A DNA stretch of 58,560 bases, taken from a virus (lineage: Duplodnaviria; Caudoviricetes). This document shows, one piece after another, positions 29,105 to 38,586 of the stretch. The DNA is taken from positions 1 to 58,560 of the IMG/VR virus record IMGVR_UViG_3300009149_000037; one strand, given 5' to 3'. Numbering within the stretch: the first letter of the stretch is position 1; each line of letters opens with the position of its first letter. Position numbers and translations under genes: made by a program. The notes beneath the pieces are model-generated. The model searched no databases. It saw only the letters and a program-made list of their open reading frames with translations, and had not been told where the DNA came from.

Positions 29105-29287
29105 ATGCTTTGTCTGACACGGAGGCTAAAAGAAGCAATCATGATTAACGACAACATTGAAATCGTTGTTTTGGAAACAAGAGAAGATCGTGTAATGATT
29201 GGAATTCAAGCACCAAAAGAAATGAAGATTTATAGAAAGGAGATTTGGCTCAAAAGAAAATCCGCTGAGAAAGATTCTACAGAGTAG
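29105..29287 (+). CDS. csrA: Carbon storage regulator CsrA/RsmA homolog
   Basis: MLCLTRRLKEAIMINDNIEIVVLETREDRVMIGIQAPKEMKIYRKEI matches the CsrA pattern, including the RNA-binding R44-equivalent. Confidence 0.92.
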   Translation: MLCLTRRLKEAIMINDNIEIVVLETREDRVMIGIQAPKEMKIYRKEIWLKRKSAEKDSTE

Positions 29288-29332
29288 CTGGGTTGATCAA
29301 CCAAAATTGTTTTTGTTCAAAAGGAATTAAGA

Positions 29333-30223
29333 ATGGCTAAGAAGAAACAGAAAAGTGCGTTGGCTGGAGTGTCCGTTAAAGCGATCAAAAAAGCTGCAAA
29401 GGAACCAACGAAAGCAACAGGACAGATTCCTGGAGGTATTTCCAAGGGAGTCGCTCAACTGAAGAGTTGCTATTTTGCTCTGTACGAGAACGGAGTGAAT
29501 AAGGGCAAACCTTATTTCAGAGCATCAGGCGTTGTGGTTGCTGGTAATCATGCAACACGAAATGTGATTGGCTTGACGACGTCAATCATGGAACCAATTT
29601 GTGATACAACAACGAGGGCAGGAAAAACGACGACTGAAGATGAGCATATCTCCAGCATCATGAATACGCTTCGACTGCTTGGAGCAGATACAGAAGATGT
29701 TGACGATGTTTCCAATCTTGAAGAGCTTGCTGCCGATCTGGTAGAAGCTGCTCCTCACTTCTCGTTTTCAACTTCACAATCAGAGCCTACTACAGAATTT
29801 CCTGATCCAAGGGTTTGGGAAAATTGGTATGGAGCAGTCGATGATTTTGAAGCGGACGCTGGAGACGATGGAGTAGATGAAACTCCAGAAGACACTGATG
29901 AAGAGGAAGACGACGAAGAGGAAACTGAAACTGAAGATGATGATGATGATGATGAGGAAGAAGAGACGGCAGAAGCTGAAGAAGAAGAGGATGACGACGA
30001 TGACGAAGAAGAAGACGATGATGAAGAAGAGGAAGAGGAAACTGAAAAAGTTGAGCCACCGGAAAAAGGTGACGTGTATCTTTACAAACCACCAAAGAAG
30101 AAAAAGAAGATTGAGGTGGAAGTCACAGCAGTCTTTCCCGGCAAACAAACTTGTAATGTAAAAAGTGTTGATGATGGAAAGGTTATCAAGAGTATTTCAT
30201 GGGATGCTCTTGAAACAGAATAG
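29333..30223 (+). CDS. Putative ssDNA-binding protein with long acidic tract and SH3-like C-terminal domain
   Basis: Position after exonuclease + Sak4; D/E tract of about 60 aa; C-terminal 'KGDVYLY..VEVTAV..CNVK..ISWDAL'. Confidence 0.5.
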   Translation: MAKKKQKSALAGVSVKAIKKAAKEPTKATGQIPGGISKGVAQLKSCYFALYENGVNKGKPYFRASGVVVAGNHATRNVIGLTTSIMEPICDTTTRAGKTTTEDEHISSIMNTLRLLGADTEDVDDVSNLEELAADLVEAAPHFSFSTSQSEPTTEFPDPRVWENWYGAVDDFEADAGDDGVDETPEDTDEEEDDEEETETEDDDDDDEEEETAEAEEEEDDDDDEEEDDDEEEEEETEKVEPPEKGDVYLYKPPKKKKKIEVEVTAVFPGKQTCNVKSVDDGKVIKSISWDALETE

Positions 30224-30233
30224 TTGAGGGGAG

Positions 30234-30279
30234 AGAGGCAGGAGAGTTCATGGAAGTTTAATATCTCCTGCCTCTTTTT
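30234..30279 (+). terminator. Rho-independent terminator-like hairpin
   Basis: AGAGGCAGGAGA / TCTCCTGCCTCT followed by TTTT. Confidence 0.6.
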
Positions 30280-30281
30280 AT

Positions 30282-30354
30282 GGTCCTGTAGTTCAATTGG
30301 GAGAACAGCGGGGTGCATCCCGGACGAATGCTGGTTCGAATCCAGCCAGGACCA
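30282..30354 (+). tRNA. tRNA-like gene with distorted anticodon arm (nominal GCA/Cys, identity uncertain)
   Basis: Acceptor GGTCCTG/CAGGACC+A, D arm GTTC-AATTGGGA-GAAC, T arm GCTGG-TTCGAAT-CCAGC. The anticodon arm pairs only as CGGG/CCCG around a 6-nt loop GTGCAT. Confidence 0.7.
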
Positions 30355-30475
30355 ATGTTATATTCGGCATGGACAAGGCCGATAACTTGATGCCTCTGAC
30401 TTAACCAGTCCCGTTTCCTTATTGGCATCTCAAAATGAGTGGGTGAAGCTCATTTCTTTTCTTTAAGGATTCAAC

Positions 30476-30706
30476 ATGAATAGAAAACAGGCTGTTTGTT
30501 TGTTCTGTATATTGTGGGTTGTAATCCCTCTTTTGATTATTGAAATTTCCGCAGCTTCAAAAATGATTGAGAGATACTATGTAACCTCTGTAGGAATAGA
30601 GGATTGGTGTTTACTGATTTTAGCAATGACATTTTTTGTTTTCTTGAATGTCTGCTTGATTGGCACTTCCATCGCCCTTTACTTAACTTTTTCTTCAGGG
30701 AAATAA
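30476..30706 (+). CDS. Small membrane protein (2 TM)
   Basis: Two hydrophobic helices. Confidence 0.55.
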   Translation: MNRKQAVCLFCILWVVIPLLIIEISAASKMIERYYVTSVGIEDWCLLILAMTFFVFLNVCLIGTSIALYLTFSSGK

Positions 30707-30798
30707 TGTGAAGAAGAAATATCCATACAAACGAAAAGTGAATTACGTTTGCGTTGCTTGTTCTGATACAGGCTTGAATTCAAAAGGTGGAGTTTGCT

Positions 30799-31422
30799 AT
30801 GCCTGCCAGAAAAGAGATCAAGGGAAAAGAATCGAAGCTAAGCAAGACGCTCAAAAACATAAAAATAAAAAGAAGTGAATGGGTTCTAAGACCTGAAGTG
30901 TTACTTTGCCCTAATACCCCTAAGCCAATGCACGGAATCGCTCCAAGGGTAATCCTAGGACAGAAGTGGTGGGATGCTACAAGGAAAGCTGCTTATCAAT
31001 CCACTGATTTACATTGTGTCGCTTGTGGAACTCCCAAACATAAAGTCAAGGGAAGTCGCAAACACTTAGAGGGTCATGAGATTTATGACGTTGATTATCA
31101 AAGAGGAACTTTGACTTACATTGAGACTGTTCCTCTTTGCCCTTACTGTCACATGTATATTCATGATGGTAGATTGCTGGCGTTGATGCAGAAAAAAGTT
31201 CTCACTCAAAGAAAGTTCACAGCAGTCATTCAACATGGCGATTCAGTTTTGAAGGCAGCAGGATTAAATCGACCAACAAAATTCAGTCGAGACGAAGCTA
31301 TAATCTCTGCAATCTCAAATGGAAAAGTTGCTGAATGGGCTGAGTGGAGATTGATACTCAAGGGCAAAACGTATCCACCTAAGTTCAAGACTCTGAAAGA
31401 ATGGGAGAAAGCTCATGCCTGA
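30799..31422 (+). CDS. HNH-like endonuclease
   Basis: 'WWDATRKAAY..CVACG..LEGHEIY..LCPYCHMYIH'. Confidence 0.75.
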   Translation: MPARKEIKGKESKLSKTLKNIKIKRSEWVLRPEVLLCPNTPKPMHGIAPRVILGQKWWDATRKAAYQSTDLHCVACGTPKHKVKGSRKHLEGHEIYDVDYQRGTLTYIETVPLCPYCHMYIHDGRLLALMQKKVLTQRKFTAVIQHGDSVLKAAGLNRPTKFSRDEAIISAISNGKVAEWAEWRLILKGKTYPPKFKTLKEWEKAHA

Positions 31423-32072
31423 AATTTGTGAGTATTGTAAAGCTGAGTTTTTATGTTCTAGCAGACCAGTGAGACTCTTGTTTGGAAAACACATTTGTAA
31501 AACTTGTAGTAACAAGTTTCGAAGACATCAATTGGGGCCAGACACTTCAAAAACAGAAACTGAAATGGAGTATGAAAAGTTTCTGAAAGGTAAAGTACAA
31601 TTGCCTCTAATAATCAAACACAAAAATCGTCATGGCGATGTAGCAGCTGGACCTCTGAAACCTTCAACCAAATTTTTCAAGATGTAGGTTCAAAATGAAA
31701 GACAATGTACGAGCCGCAATAGAGCGACTAAGACAGGACGATTTGACATTTGGAAATGACCGCAGAAACAGTTGCCGGATGAATTATGATGGACGAGTTG
31801 TTTGGGAAGATGTGCAAACTTTGCTTTCAGAACATCTGGCAGACGATGACGAGCCCGTGACTGTCGAGTGGCTGGAATCGGTCGGGTTCAAGGGCATCTC
31901 CGTGATGGCCGAGGTGATTCTGTCGGCTTACGTGCGGCTTCAAAGGCCGTCCTACGATGTCGTCGTTCGCGGAAATGGCGCGGCGTTTTCCCCGCCTCTA
32001 GCGACAGCCGAAACCCGTGGCGACGTCCGCCGATTGTGTGCAGCACTGGGGATCGAACTAAAGGAAATCTGA
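31415..32072 (+). CDS. Two hypothetical proteins (31415-31687 CxxC; 31695-32072 GC-rich 3' half)
   Basis: ORF track and coupling. Confidence 0.5.
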
Positions 32073-34082
32073 ATGATTTCATGTGACACGGAAACGACAG
32101 GGCTGGATTTCAAACATGGAACAAAACCTTTTCTAGTTACGATCTGCGATGAGAAACAAAATAATACATGGTGGGAGTGGGATGTTGATCCTTTAACAAG
32201 ACAACCTCAAATCCCGGAAAAAGATATTTCGCAGATTCGAAAGAAGCTCTATCAACAAGAATTGGTATTCCATAATCCGAAATTTGATTTCAGAGCGTTG
32301 GATACTATTTCTTCTGATTGGCCTGATAGAGATTGGAATTTAGTTGATGACACTCTGACTGCTTCACATTTACTTGCTTCCAATCAGCCTCCTGACTTAA
32401 CCAACTTGAGCATGATTTATCTTGGGGTGAATATCAAACCTTATGAAGATGCAGTTCAAGAAGCTTCGAATCAAGCTAGACGAATTGCCCGAAGTAAATT
32501 TCCAGAATGGAAAATTGCTAAAAAAGGAATGAAGGAACTTCCATCTTCTACGGGAGACCTCTGGGCCAACGATATGTGGCTTCCAAGAGCCATTGCAATG
32601 GAGTTGAATTATCCGGGAGATCATCCCTGGTGGACTGTTACTTCTGACTACGCAAATGTTGATACTGCTTCAACGATGCTTCTACATCAAGTTTTTGTAG
32701 AGCAACTTGAAGAAGAAGGATTGACGGAAATCTACAAAGAGCGATTGAAGTTACTTCCAATCATTTATGATATGGAAAGTAAAGGCATTTCACTGAGCAA
32801 AAAACGGCTGGAAGAACTCTACACTCAATACAAAGAAGAGTTTGATGCTTACAGCAAAACTTGTTTGAAGATTTCAGAGAAGGCTGGTTGTGAATTGGTA
32901 TTACCAAAAGGAGCTTCACCAACCAAGACCCTCAAAGAATTCTGCTTCACAGAACCGAAAGGTTTGAAGCTACCAGTTTTGAAGACAACAGATACTGGTC
33001 AACCCTCAATGGACAAAGAGACCAAAGCTTTGTATCTGTTGACGCTGCCTGAGAAATCCAAGCAATACAAGTTCATGCGAGCGTTGGATTCCAGAGCATC
33101 TCTTGCTACCTCAATCAACTACATGGACAGCTACAGAAAGTTCATGGTTGATGGTAGACTCTATTCTTCGATCAATCCGACTGGTACAACTACGCTGAGG
33201 ATGAGCAGTAACAATCCAAACCAACAGCAGATCAGTAAGAGGATTGATAAGCATGGAAGGAATCTGAGATATCTGTTTGGTCCAGAAAAAGGCAAGGTTT
33301 GGGTCTCAATTGACTACGACAATCTGGAGTTGAGAATTCCAGCTTATGAGTGTCGAGAGATTGCAATGCTCGACCTCTTTGAGAATCCAGATAAGGCTCC
33401 ATTTTTTGGTTCTTACCATTTGCTGATTGCTTCGATAATTCATCCCAAAGAGTGGAAAGTTTGCTTGAAAGAAGCTGGTCCTCAATACGTTGCTGAACTC
33501 TTGAAGAAGAAATTCAAGGATACTCTGTACCAATGGACGAAGAATGGAAACTTCGCTGAAATGTATGGAGCAGTTGATACTCACGACGGTCAAGGAACGG
33601 CTGATAAAGCTTTTCATGTGCCTGGTGCTCAAGAGATAATCTCTAAGAAGCTGACCAGGAAAAACGCTCTCAATAGTCAGTACATCAAATTCGCAAACGA
33701 ACACGGATATGTTGAGACGCTGCCAGACACTGAGGTTTCTGAGCGAGGATATCCGTTATACTGCTCACGAACCAATAGAGGCTACGTGAAGCCCACGATA
33801 CCACTCAATTACCACGTACAAGGAACAGCTTGTTGGATTATGATGCGAGCGATGGTTAAGGTTCAAAACTACTTCAACACTTTGCCTGATTCTATTGGAG
33901 CTAGAATCGTAATGAATGTTCATGATGAATTGGTGCTAGAGTTTTCTTCAGGGAGTAACTGGAAACCAAAAGTAAGAAGGGTAAGGACTTTGATGGAGTC
34001 TATTGGTAAAGTTCTTCAACCTCAAATCAAACTTACTTGTGGCGTAGACATTCACACTAACAATTGGAGTCAATCAGCATGA
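32073..34082 (+). CDS. polA: Family A DNA polymerase with 3'-5' exonuclease
   Basis: ExoI 'DTETTG', ExoII 'FHNPKFD', 'TTTLRMSSNNPNQQQI', motif A 'IDYDNLELR', motif B 'KNGNFAEMYG', motif C 'VHDEL'. Confidence 0.95.
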   Translation: MISCDTETTGLDFKHGTKPFLVTICDEKQNNTWWEWDVDPLTRQPQIPEKDISQIRKKLYQQELVFHNPKFDFRALDTISSDWPDRDWNLVDDTLTASHLLASNQPPDLTNLSMIYLGVNIKPYEDAVQEASNQARRIARSKFPEWKIAKKGMKELPSSTGDLWANDMWLPRAIAMELNYPGDHPWWTVTSDYANVDTASTMLLHQVFVEQLEEEGLTEIYKERLKLLPIIYDMESKGISLSKKRLEELYTQYKEEFDAYSKTCLKISEKAGCELVLPKGASPTKTLKEFCFTEPKGLKLPVLKTTDTGQPSMDKETKALYLLTLPEKSKQYKFMRALDSRASLATSINYMDSYRKFMVDGRLYSSINPTGTTTLRMSSNNPNQQQISKRIDKHGRNLRYLFGPEKGKVWVSIDYDNLELRIPAYECREIAMLDLFENPDKAPFFGSYHLLIASIIHPKEWKVCLKEAGPQYVAELLKKKFKDTLYQWTKNGNFAEMYGAVDTHDGQGTADKAFHVPGAQEIISKKLTRKNALNSQYIKFANEHGYVETLPDTEVSERGYPLYCSRTNRGYVKPTIPLNYHVQGTACWIMMRAMVKVQNYFNTLPDSIGARIVMNVHDELVLEFSSGSNWKPKVRRVRTLMESIGKVLQPQIKLTCGVDIHTNNWSQSA

Positions 34083-34924
34083 AAATTTCTGATGTTAAAA
34101 AGTTGACTACACAAAAGAGATTTTTGTATTGGATTAAAGAACGGGAATCTATCAGAAAAAAGAAAGAGGCAAAAAAGTCTAAGCCATGGACTGATGATGA
34201 AATTTTTGTAACATACAAATTCTGTAATGTTAGAAGAATGGATGATAGAGTTAGCCAATGGCTTCTCAAAAACTGGTTCATTCCTTATTATGATCACCCA
34301 AACATGTTAACTGCTTGTACACTAGCAAGGGAAATTAACAACACTGATTCTTTAGAAGAAATTGGATTTCCTAATTCTTGGCGTCCAAAAAGAGTTCAAA
34401 AAATTCTTGAATCAAGAGTTGAAAGAGGGTTGAAAGTTTTTTCTGGAGCCTATATGATTACAGGCACTCTTGGAGGAACAAAAATAGAACAAGTTGTCAA
34501 TAAAGTTGTTACCCCTATTCACAAAAGTAAAATAAAATTGAACAAAAATTCAATGCAAGAATCTTGTACAATGTTGTTACCTTTTGCGGGGTTTAGCCAT
34601 TTCATTTCTGGGCAAGTAATTGCAGACATGAGACAATCTTCAGAAGGCCATTGGTCTGATGCTAAAGAATGGGCTCCTATGGGTCCTGGTTCTAAGAGAG
34701 GGATGAATCGTTTGTTAGGGAATGATAAAGACAAACCAATGAAACAAGATGTATTTCTTGGTTTTCTAAAAGATGTAATTGAATTGGTTGAAAAAAATCT
34801 TCCGGAAATTGCTTTAAGACTTGAAGCAATTGATGTACAAAACTGTCTTTGCGAGTTTGATAAGTACAGCCGAACAATATTTGGTGAAGGTCGTCCAAAA
34901 TCTAAATATCCAGGAGGTGTCTAA
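34079..34924 (+). CDS. 5-hmdU DNA kinase helical component (aGPT-PPlase1 family)
   Basis: 'FLYWIKERESIR..PWTDDEIFVTYKFCNVRRMDDRVS', 'GPGSKRG', 'QNCLCEFDKY'; ATGA overlap with polA. Confidence 0.85.
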   Translation: MKISDVKKLTTQKRFLYWIKERESIRKKKEAKKSKPWTDDEIFVTYKFCNVRRMDDRVSQWLLKNWFIPYYDHPNMLTACTLAREINNTDSLEEIGFPNSWRPKRVQKILESRVERGLKVFSGAYMITGTLGGTKIEQVVNKVVTPIHKSKIKLNKNSMQESCTMLLPFAGFSHFISGQVIADMRQSSEGHWSDAKEWAPMGPGSKRGMNRLLGNDKDKPMKQDVFLGFLKDVIELVEKNLPEIALRLEAIDVQNCLCEFDKYSRTIFGEGRPKSKYPGGV

Positions 34925-34925
34925 C

Positions 34926-35501
34926 ATGATAGTTAGTCTGAGAGGGACACATGGTAGTGGAAAATCAACTGCTGTAAGAAGGTTTCTTTCCAGATATCCA
35001 GGATACGAATCAATTCCTGGAAAGAAACATCCAGAAGGATATAGAGTTACTATATCAGAACTTTCAAAACCTCTTTATATTGTTGGTCATTATGAGACAC
35101 CTTGTGGTGGGTGTGACAGCATTCAACCCTATAGTTTGATTTGGCCAAGAGTTGTTTCTTATGCTGAAAAAGGACATGTACTTTTTGAAGGTGCTCTTGT
35201 TAGTAGTAGCTATGGTAACATTGGAAGAGCCAGTGAAGTTTATGGTGATGAAGTGGTATTTGCTTTCATGGACACACCCTTAGAGAAATGTATAGAAAGA
35301 ATCAAAAAACGAAGAGAACAATCAGGTAAGTCTTACACCAAACCATTCAACCCAGCTAACACAATTTCAAAAGCTAAAAATGTAACAAGGAGCATTGAAG
35401 TCATAACAAAAATTGGTCGTAGAGTTGTAATTGTTAATCACAAAAAAGCAACAAACATAATTCTTAGATTGTTTAAGGAGTTTGACAATGTTGAAAACTA
35501 A
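34926..35501 (+). CDS. P-loop kinase (5-hmdU DNA kinase catalytic partner)
   Basis: 'SLRGTHGSGKST', 'GHYETPCGGCD', 'VLFEG', 'DTPLEKCIERIKKRR'. Confidence 0.8.
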   Translation: MIVSLRGTHGSGKSTAVRRFLSRYPGYESIPGKKHPEGYRVTISELSKPLYIVGHYETPCGGCDSIQPYSLIWPRVVSYAEKGHVLFEGALVSSSYGNIGRASEVYGDEVVFAFMDTPLEKCIERIKKRREQSGKSYTKPFNPANTISKAKNVTRSIEVITKIGRRVVIVNHKKATNIILRLFKEFDNVEN

Positions 35502-36660
35502 AGACTGGAGATTACCAGAAAACAGGATAGAAGCTTTTACAAGAGTTGTTCATAGTAGGATGGTTGAAGGGGATTTAGATCATCATCATTCTGCACAAGT
35601 TATATCTTCTGAGATGTCTTTATCAGATGATGACAAGCTTCTATATGCATTGTTGTTTGGCCAAAGCTATAGAAATCATTGGGCTATGCTATCTTTACAA
35701 TTATGGCCTGATCTTCTTTCTAGAAAACATTCAGAGCTTGTAAAATGGCACAACAAAAATTACAAGAGATTGGTATTTGCCAAAGATACAAAATGGAATT
35801 TAAGGAAGTGGCCTGATTTTGTTGAATGTATCCGAAAGAAGTACAAAGGTGTTTCTCTGTGTGAGCATTTTGGAAACTTGTGCAGTAGCGATTCTGCCAA
35901 GGTAAACTATGACAGAGTCAATAAAGAGTTGAGATCAATCTGGTCAATTGGTAGAATGTGTGCCTGGCTTGCACAACAAACTATGTATGAGTTGTTTGAT
36001 TGGAATTTAGATCATTGGGATCAACAGTTGTATGACTCAGGAACCTGGTCACAGTATGATTCTTTGTGTTATTTGTTTGATAGAATAGACTTGGCCAGGA
36101 CTCAGATAGTTTCTGGAAAAAGAGTAAAAAGAAAACCTTCTAGAGAAGACATATCTTTGATGGAAGTCAACACCCAAAAATTGATGGGAATCTTGAACAA
36201 AAGAATACCATTTCATGTTGATATCTATAATGTTGAAAGTGCTGAATGTGAATACAGAAAAACTGCCTATGGACCTAATAGAATAAAGGAGTTCACTTTC
36301 TGGACTACAAATGAATTGGTAGAAGAATATCAACACTTGAAATCTTTGTGGAATCCTGAAGAACAATCTGGAAAAATAACTTGGAATCCTTACATGATTG
36401 CACTAATGACTAAGGGAAAAAATGTTAGAGATTATGGTTGGCATCCAGATTACTTCAGGGTTCTCTATGATTATGGAATGAATTTGAATACACATTACAT
36501 TTATAAGGATGAACCTGATGCACATGAGGTCTTAAGCTTACCAAAGAATATTTCAGACTCTTTCAGGATTCTCAAACGTGAATGGTTAGATATTTCTAAG
36601 TCCGAAAGATTAAACCTTAGAAAAATGTACAACCCCAAAAACTTTTTAAGGAGTAACTGA
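35488..36660 (+). CDS. Amino acid:DNA transferase homolog (aGPT-PPlase2 / ADDT)
   Basis: 'DWRLPENRIEAF', HhH-like 'IWSIGRMCAW', 'VESAECEYRK'; adjacent to the 5-hmdU kinase genes. Confidence 0.75.
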   Translation: MLKTKDWRLPENRIEAFTRVVHSRMVEGDLDHHHSAQVISSEMSLSDDDKLLYALLFGQSYRNHWAMLSLQLWPDLLSRKHSELVKWHNKNYKRLVFAKDTKWNLRKWPDFVECIRKKYKGVSLCEHFGNLCSSDSAKVNYDRVNKELRSIWSIGRMCAWLAQQTMYELFDWNLDHWDQQLYDSGTWSQYDSLCYLFDRIDLARTQIVSGKRVKRKPSREDISLMEVNTQKLMGILNKRIPFHVDIYNVESAECEYRKTAYGPNRIKEFTFWTTNELVEEYQHLKSLWNPEEQSGKITWNPYMIALMTKGKNVRDYGWHPDYFRVLYDYGMNLNTHYIYKDEPDAHEVLSLPKNISDSFRILKREWLDISKSERLNLRKMYNPKNFLRSN

Positions 36661-37418
36661 TGTCCAAAGTTAAAAATGCAACTGATTCAAGTTATGAAAT
36701 GAAAGAAGAAGGAAAATTCAAATGTTACATTAGGGAAAATTCTTCCGATGCTGTAGTCTTTAAAGATAACCTTCAAAAATGTCCTATTGAAAAGCACATT
36801 GAAGTAAATGAGAATCAGAAATGGGTTGACTTAGGTGGATACATTGGTACATTTGCAATGTTTCTCAGGTCTAGAGGTGTTGTTCCAACTTTTTCTGTAG
36901 AAGCTGATCCAGACAATGCTGAAATGTATGTAAAGAATATGGATCTCAATGGGATTAAGGATTACAAGCTTTTAAACAAAGCAGTGTTTCTAAATCCTCA
37001 AAAACCTGTAATGACTCTTTACAAGGGGAGCAAAGGAAGTAGAAAGAATCATGCAGCAAATACGTTTTTCTCTAGATGGAAAACTGAAAGGGACACATTA
37101 GAAATTCCAACAATTTCGTTTGATAAGGTTATGAAACAAGCGATCAAATATCTAGGAAAAGGAGGTGAATGGAATTTGAAGCTTGATATTGAAGGTGCTG
37201 AAATTGATATTCTTGAACGTGCTGATTTATCAATGTTTAACAACTTTTTCTTTGAGTATCATTTTCAAGCCGATAAATCTGTGAAACGAGCAAAAAGAAT
37301 ATTCAAGATGTTCAGATCAAAAGGATACACAGTAAAGACTAGTATCTCCCTTCCAAAAACTGCCGAACCTGAATACTGGACTCAAGAAGTGTTCATTGCT
37401 TGGATTTTCAAATCTTAG
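36660..37418 (+). CDS. FkbM family methyltransferase
   Basis: 'VDLGGYIGTF', 'VEADPDN', 'LKLDIEGAE', 'FEYH'. Confidence 0.88.
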   Translation: MSKVKNATDSSYEMKEEGKFKCYIRENSSDAVVFKDNLQKCPIEKHIEVNENQKWVDLGGYIGTFAMFLRSRGVVPTFSVEADPDNAEMYVKNMDLNGIKDYKLLNKAVFLNPQKPVMTLYKGSKGSRKNHAANTFFSRWKTERDTLEIPTISFDKVMKQAIKYLGKGGEWNLKLDIEGAEIDILERADLSMFNNFFFEYHFQADKSVKRAKRIFKMFRSKGYTVKTSISLPKTAEPEYWTQEVFIAWIFKS

Positions 37419-37431
37419 AAAGAAGTTAAAA

Positions 37432-38586
37432 ATGTCAAACCCTATTCGTGTTGCTGTAATTGGAGTGGGCAATTGTGCTAAGTCACTTATCTGTGGTGTT
37501 GCTTCTTACAAAGAAACAAAATCCACACAAGGACTTGCTTTTGCAAAAATTGGAGGTTACAAACCAGGAGATATTGAATTTGTGGCAGCCTATGATGTAG
37601 ACACAAGAAAAGTTGGTAGGCCCCTTAAAAAAGCAATTTATGGATTGCCAAATTGTTCTGACGATTTCGATGTTAATCAAGAAGAATTGAGTTCAATTTG
37701 TTCTGGAACAATTGTTAAGAAAGGAGCGGTATATGATGGGGTTGCTTCTCACATGTTAATTGCTCCAGAAGATGAAGGATTCAGAATAACAAAAGATCCA
37801 GAACCTTCTTTAGAAGATGTTGTTCAAGAACTCAAAAACTCCAAGGTAGATATCTTATTGAACTATCTTCCTGTTGGGTCTGAAGTAGCAACAAGATTCT
37901 ATGTTGAAGCTTGCTTGAAGGCAAAAGTTCCTTTTGTGAATTGTATTCCTGTGTTCATTGTTTCCGATCCTTTCTGGGAAGAAAAATTAAAGGAAAGAGG
38001 TATCCCTGCAATTGGAGATGACATGAGGTCACAGTTGGGTGCTTCAGTAGTATCACAGGCTCTTCAGGAATTGTTTTTCAACAGAGGAATGAATATACAA
38101 TTCCACTGTCAAACGAATCATGGAGGAAATACAGATTTCTTGAATATGGTAGATCAAACTCGTCTAGCTTCTAAGAAGATTTCAAAAGAAAATGTCATTC
38201 GGTCTCAAAATGACCTGAGAGGAATTCCTGTTCCAAAGAACGGAATTTATGCTGGTCCATCTTCGTACATTGCCCATCATGGGGACAATAAAATCGCTCA
38301 CTTCAGAATAGAAGCTACTGGTTTTGGAGGGGCAAAAGTTGAATTTGATGCTAAGCTCTCTGTACAAGACTCACCTAACTCTGCAGGAGTCGTGATTGAC
38401 GCTATAAGGTATCTACAGGTCGCTAAAGAAATGGGCCTCACTGGGTCTCTCAGAGGTCCTAGTGCAGCCACTCAAAAAACTCCCCCAGAACAGATGATGA
38501 TACAGGACGCTCACGAGGAATGTAAGACTCTTGCTGAGAGAAAACTTACTTCTTCCCTCTTACAACACAATAAGGTGTCTAAATGA
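37432..38586 (+). CDS. ino1: myo-inositol-1-phosphate synthase
   Basis: 'GVGNCA', 'NYLPVGS', 'GDDMRSQLGA', 'GGNTDFLNM', 'SKKISK', 'DSPNSAG'. Confidence 0.95.
   Translation: MSNPIRVAVIGVGNCAKSLICGVASYKETKSTQGLAFAKIGGYKPGDIEFVAAYDVDTRKVGRPLKKAIYGLPNCSDDFDVNQEELSSICSGTIVKKGAVYDGVASHMLIAPEDEGFRITKDPEPSLEDVVQELKNSKVDILLNYLPVGSEVATRFYVEACLKAKVPFVNCIPVFIVSDPFWEEKLKERGIPAIGDDMRSQLGASVVSQALQELFFNRGMNIQFHCQTNHGGNTDFLNMVDQTRLASKKISKENVIRSQNDLRGIPVPKNGIYAGPSSYIAHHGDNKIAHFRIEATGFGGAKVEFDAKLSVQDSPNSAGVVIDAIRYLQVAKEMGLTGSLRGPSAATQKTPPEQMMIQDAHEECKTLAERKLTSSLLQHNKVSK

Noticed and set aside
29860-30050. GAN-rich repetitive DNA as CRISPR or tandem array
   Set aside because: It is the Asp/Glu codon tract of a protein, with no repeat-spacer periodicity. 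The antisense Phe/His-rich ORFs are shadows.
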